Shown here: in pieces, positions 60,573-64,000 of the stretch | How the letters are laid out: the number at the start of each line of letters is the position of its first letter | Position numbering within the stretch: position 1 is the stretch's first letter | IMG/VR virus record: IMGVR_UViG_3300029240_000008 | Strand: one strand, 5' to 3' | Origin: a virus | DNA length: 64,000 bases | Notes under the pieces: model-generated | What the model saw: the letters and a program-made list of their open reading frames with translations, nothing else | What the model was told of the DNA's origin: nothing | Database searches by the model: none | Position numbers and translations under genes: made by a program

Positions 60573-62267
60573 TTATCTCCTTCCCCAAAATGGATTCTGT
60601 ACTGCTGAAACTTCTGCGAGCCTTTTTTCTGTGATTGACATCATAAGTTGTGTTACCCCGTCAGGTGCATCGTCATGGTCATTGTCCCCAATATATACAA
60701 AAGTGGTTAATTCTTCCATGGCATTTTCATATTCTCGGCTGCGATATTTCGGGGCTAAAAATATAAATCTATTTTTTACATCTCCTGAGTATTGATTTAT
60801 TTTTTCTTTTTTAGCTTGCTTTGACGGAGCTTTTGTACTGGTTGTACTGCACGAATACATATGTTCTTTCAATCGCTCGCTCACATAATATGCGTACATA
60901 TCTCCACCATTATTTGCCTCAAAGTTAATGTTTTGTATTTTATTCCCCATAATTCTTCCGACAACTAATGGAAGTGTCACCTCTTTAGGACCTGTATTAA
61001 AAATCCAGTCATAAATGTAAATATCTCCATTTTCAAATTCCGCTCCTACGGGCATCGACAAACTGTCGCCACCACCCCATGCCACATCACAAGCAGATAT
61101 ATTTCTCACAAAACCGCCTTCGGGAAGAATTCCGTTGTAATATCTCAATTCATCTTCTGCAAATATAATCCCTTCTCGTAAAAATGGTCTCTGTTGATAT
61201 TTAGCCTCCCATTCGTTAGCATCAAGTCTGGCTTTCATATCCACATAATACTTTGTAGAAAAGCCAACTCCATAATCATATTCGAAGTTTGATTCACCAT
61301 CATCATTCAAGGCAGGAATCTTACGGAACCTATACAGTGGATTATCTCGATTGAGTTTCTCAATTTTGCCTAATGGGTCGTACAGATTCCATCTTGTTCC
61401 AACCATCAGCTCTCTTGCCCCATCAATTTTACGGTCAACCATTTTGTTCAGATACTCTTGATAAGTATTCTCCAAACGAGTAGGGCTTAAAGAATGCTGC
61501 CTGTCTCGAACAAGGTCATCCACATACAAATATCCATCAGACGAAATATCAACAGCACCCGTCCATGTTCCCTCGATACCGCGGCAAGTCATTGTGGCGA
61601 ATCGGTCTGGCTTGTCCAAATTTATCTCAAAATCATCAGCACTTTGCTTTTGCAATTTTGATTTTGGAAATATATCACTGTAGGTATATTCTTGTGTGTT
61701 TATGAGATTTAGAAGTTCGCCATAGAAGCCCTTTGCCAGTTTTCCGGAATGACCACCCATTGCATTGTGGCTGTTTGGTCGTCTTCCCATTATCCATGAC
61801 ATAAAAAATATGCACATAGTACTCTTGCCAACACGACTTGGTAACGACAGACCGTAAAATTCAATTATCCTATCTTCCAAATCCTGTAAATCTCGAGCGA
61901 CTACTTGGAGTGTTTTCTTTCTTGGAATATAAAACTTTTTGCTGTCCGGTCTATTCTTCTCCATGTATAACAAATAACTCTCGAACGCCCATGGAGCTTC
62001 CAGCAACAAATAATCCCAGTAAATATCATCAAAATTACCATCACCAGTAATAGCAGCTTGCCTTTCAGCAAGATTATGTGCGTACTGACTGGTTTTTATT
62101 GCAATCTTTCTTGCCTCTGGATTCTCATTAAAAGGGAGATCCATGTTCATATTCAGTAACAGATCAAGGCAGTCTTTCTGATTCTGGTATATCGACATAT
62201 CCCCACTGATAACCTGATTTAATACCGCCCGATACCATTCGAGCGAACCTTCTGTAATTTTTGACAT
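60573..62267 (-). CDS. terL: terminase large subunit
   Basis: Walker A SRVGKST, Walker B LYVDDL, and nuclease motifs ACDVAWGGGDS and DHDDAPD. Confidence 0.9.
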   Translation of the reverse strand: MSKITEGSLEWYRAVLNQVISGDMSIYQNQKDCLDLLLNMNMDLPFNENPEARKIAIKTSQYAHNLAERQAAITGDGNFDDIYWDYLLLEAPWAFESYLLYMEKNRPDSKKFYIPRKKTLQVVARDLQDLEDRIIEFYGLSLPSRVGKSTMCIFFMSWIMGRRPNSHNAMGGHSGKLAKGFYGELLNLINTQEYTYSDIFPKSKLQKQSADDFEINLDKPDRFATMTCRGIEGTWTGAVDISSDGYLYVDDLVRDRQHSLSPTRLENTYQEYLNKMVDRKIDGARELMVGTRWNLYDPLGKIEKLNRDNPLYRFRKIPALNDDGESNFEYDYGVGFSTKYYVDMKARLDANEWEAKYQQRPFLREGIIFAEDELRYYNGILPEGGFVRNISACDVAWGGGDSLSMPVGAEFENGDIYIYDWIFNTGPKEVTLPLVVGRIMGNKIQNINFEANNGGDMYAYYVSERLKEHMYSCSTTSTKAPSKQAKKEKINQYSGDVKNRFIFLAPKYRSREYENAMEELTTFVYIGDNDHDDAPDGVTQLMMSITEKRLAEVSAVQNPFWGRR

Positions 62268-62334
62268 AAAAATAGAGCCAGGCCTCCCTTCTCCTTAGGA
62301 TTTAGTCTGGCTCTCGCGTGGCTCTCTGACTGAT

Positions 62335-62601
62335 TTATTTATTCTTCTCAATAATAATTACTTGACCTTCGAAACCAAAATCAGTTGACTGGTCAAATGT
62401 ATGTGTTTCGGCTGATTCGTTATCTCTCATTGGTCGAGTAAGATACCACAAATCATCGTCTTTCCATGTGATTTCTTCCAGTTTTACACCTGGTTTTAAT
62501 TTTATTGTGGTTGTCCCACCCAAATTCTTTGTTGTCGATTGACATGCTGTTAATCCAAACAGCATCATTGATAATAACGCAGCAAAAAATATTTTCTTCA
62601 T
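62335..62601 (-). CDS. lipoprotein (88 aa)
   Basis: Start moved to MKKIFFAALLSMMLFGLTAC, which has a lipobox (LTAC). Confidence 0.6.
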   Translation of the reverse strand: MKKIFFAALLSMMLFGLTACQSTTKNLGGTTTIKLKPGVKLEEITWKDDDLWYLTRPMRDNESAETHTFDQSTDFGFEGQVIIIEKNK

Positions 62602-63191
62602 AAACTCTCCCTTTCCCCCTTTACTGGCCATTCAAAACCAAAATCTGAACGCTTGATTTTACATTGTGGGCTTCCGCCTTTCCAGAAAACTAATCCCTCT
62701 ATTCTATGTTCGGAAAGATATTTCTTGATTCCTTCAAATGTTCGTTCGACTTCTACAACATTTCTCCCATGCGGGACAAGATCATCGTAATTATAGTTAT
62801 ATGGATTTCCACTAAAATGTTTTCCAATAGCTTCATACGTGCCGTCCACCCATGGGCTAAGATTACATTGCATTGAAAAGTTATACGCTTTTACAAACCA
62901 CTTATCAGACGGATTATTCTCATCAACCTTTACCCATCCCGGCCAATGACCTGTAATTGCGTCTGGTTCGCAACAGGGAATAAATCCCTCTGGTGGTATT
63001 TTGCCCTTCTTACAGTCATATCGTTTATAAATTTTTCCGTCAATTACTGCACAACAAGAGCCGTCGTATTTGACTGTTGCAATCCCTTCTCCTTCAAGCA
63101 CCCATTCCATGCCCGGATGCACTTTCGGAAAAACCTTTGCAACGTTATGGTCTTTAAATTCTCGTTCAAACAATGTTGGTATCTTTTTCAT
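62598..63191 (-). CDS. minimal ligase-like nucleotidyltransferase
   Basis: Motif I ATVKYDGS (KxDG), motif IV-like EGLVFW, motif V-like CKIKRSD. 197 aa. Confidence 0.5.
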   Translation of the reverse strand: MKKIPTLFEREFKDHNVAKVFPKVHPGMEWVLEGEGIATVKYDGSCCAVIDGKIYKRYDCKKGKIPPEGFIPCCEPDAITGHWPGWVKVDENNPSDKWFVKAYNFSMQCNLSPWVDGTYEAIGKHFSGNPYNYNYDDLVPHGRNVVEVERTFEGIKKYLSEHRIEGLVFWKGGSPQCKIKRSDFGFEWPVKGERESL

Positions 63192-63472
63192 TTGTTCGCC
63201 ATCTTTCTTTTTGATTTCAAGTATTTTCTGTATTTGCGACTGTATTTCCGAAGAATCAAATCAAGCATGATGCTATTTGTCTGTTCTACGCTTTCTGGCA
63301 TAGTTGTGAGATATGGATAATCTTCTCTATCATCTACTAATGTCTTGAAAATCAAGTCTAAGGCAAACTGAGCACTGATAGGTGGATCGCACAGTTCAAA
63401 GTCTTCATCCTTGTACCACTCATCAATCTTCTTTTGGAATCCATCAAAGGATATTTCTTCGTTCCATATCAT
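63188..63472 (-). CDS. hypothetical protein (94 aa)
   Basis: ORF track. Confidence 0.45.
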   Translation of the reverse strand: MIWNEEISFDGFQKKIDEWYKDEDFELCDPPISAQFALDLIFKTLVDDREDYPYLTTMPESVEQTNSIMLDLILRKYSRKYRKYLKSKRKMANK

Positions 63473-63702
63473 ACATTCACCATAAATTCTTTCTTGCAGT
63501 TGCTACCCTTACATTTATACGGCATCCGATAAATCTTTGTGGTCGGGAGAATCTTTAAGGCTTTCTTTCCGCAAAACGGACAAATTACCCATTTTGTACC
63601 ATTTTCCATTTTAATTTGTGCTGAGCCGTCCCATGGTTCGGGTATATTCATATATTCGGAGAAGTCTACTCCCTCTGATTCAAGTGCTGTTTTAATGCTC
63701 AT
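63469..63702 (-). CDS. cysteine-rich KTR-like zinc-ribbon protein
   Basis: WVICPFCGKKALKILPTTKIYRMPYKCKGSNCKKEFMVNV. Confidence 0.5.
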   Translation of the reverse strand: MSIKTALESEGVDFSEYMNIPEPWDGSAQIKMENGTKWVICPFCGKKALKILPTTKIYRMPYKCKGSNCKKEFMVNV

Positions 63703-63941
63703 TTACCGTTGTCCTTTCTGATCAATGTCAAAATCGTCAAATAATTGTCCCCGATGTAATCTGCTTTCCATGTTTTAGAAAGATTTCCCGTTTTGTTGTA
63801 TATTACGGTCGTATTCCCTGCTAGAAGCAAGCGTCTGTCTGGATAGAACCTAGTCGGGATGTTCATTCGGTGGCATTCTCCCTCGATATTGTATGTGGCG
63901 TCAAGAAAATCAATGTCCGAGCCTGAATAAACCAGTAACAT
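63699..63941 (-). CDS. hypothetical protein (80 aa)
   Basis: ORF track. AGGAGGAAACAGAAAT-ATG SD. Confidence 0.45.
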   Translation of the reverse strand: MLLVYSGSDIDFLDATYNIEGECHRMNIPTRFYPDRRLLLAGNTTVIYNKTGNLSKTWKADYIGDNYLTILTLIRKDNGK

Positions 63942-64000
63942 ATTTCTGTTTCCTCCTAGTGGACTTACGAATCATTGGTTTGCCGTGCATTTTTAAGTAA

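Noticed and set aside
1-64000. Diversity-generating retroelement, retron or other RT-based system
   Set aside because: No reverse-transcriptase-like ORF (YxDD motif context) was seen in any frame. The W/R toggling in the 27-bp repeats is not accompanied by a template repeat.

Overview
The window reads as a temperate siphovirus-type phage or prophage of a low-GC Firmicute (Clostridia-like codon usage and AGGAGG ribosome-binding sites). No rRNA gene, full tRNA gene or CRISPR array was seen.

Layout, left to right:
- 1-2865: a small plus-strand operon of unknown genes under its own HTH regulator.
- 2866-3690: a GC-rich stretch of about 0.8 kb with no credible ORF.
- 3769-4521: a DUF4417-like gene.
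- 4660-4840: an attP-like site. Its core resembles a tRNA 3' end, and TGTTCCCT repeats flank it. The tyrosine integrase follows at 4849-6063.
- 6127-24569, minus strand: the early region. It carries a replisome organizer, a DnaC-like loader, a DNA methyltransferase, GIY-YIG and HNH endonucleases, RecT, a Rad50-like ATPase, a tandem-OB SSB, an antirepressor and many small Cys-rich ORFs.
- 24714-25073: a divergent XRE repressor.
- 25796-27811: a plus-strand cargo block that includes an orphan LytTR response regulator.
- 27954-63941, minus strand: the late region. It carries terL, portal, scaffold, capsid, tail, a 1983-aa tape measure, a 1515-aa tail protein with LRR and Ig-like repeats, and the endolysin.

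Most notable observations:
1. An MBL-fold nuclease gene has its HxHxDH motif split by a 7-nt gap containing a stop codon. Gly codons flank the gap, and an HNH homing endonuclease gene lies directly upstream. This parallels the phage T4 gene 60 / mobA cassette.
2. The GC-rich ORF-free region may encode a large structured RNA.
3. A late-control module (an exact 35-bp box followed by a terminator hairpin) occurs twice.
4. A mosaic island of about 9.6 kb sits inside the head-tail joining genes. It carries a second tyrosine recombinase, a displaced tail-fibre module, TnpB, another HNH gene and a set of low-complexity Cys/Gly/Gln-rich proteins.

All family calls come from motifs read by eye. No database search was run.
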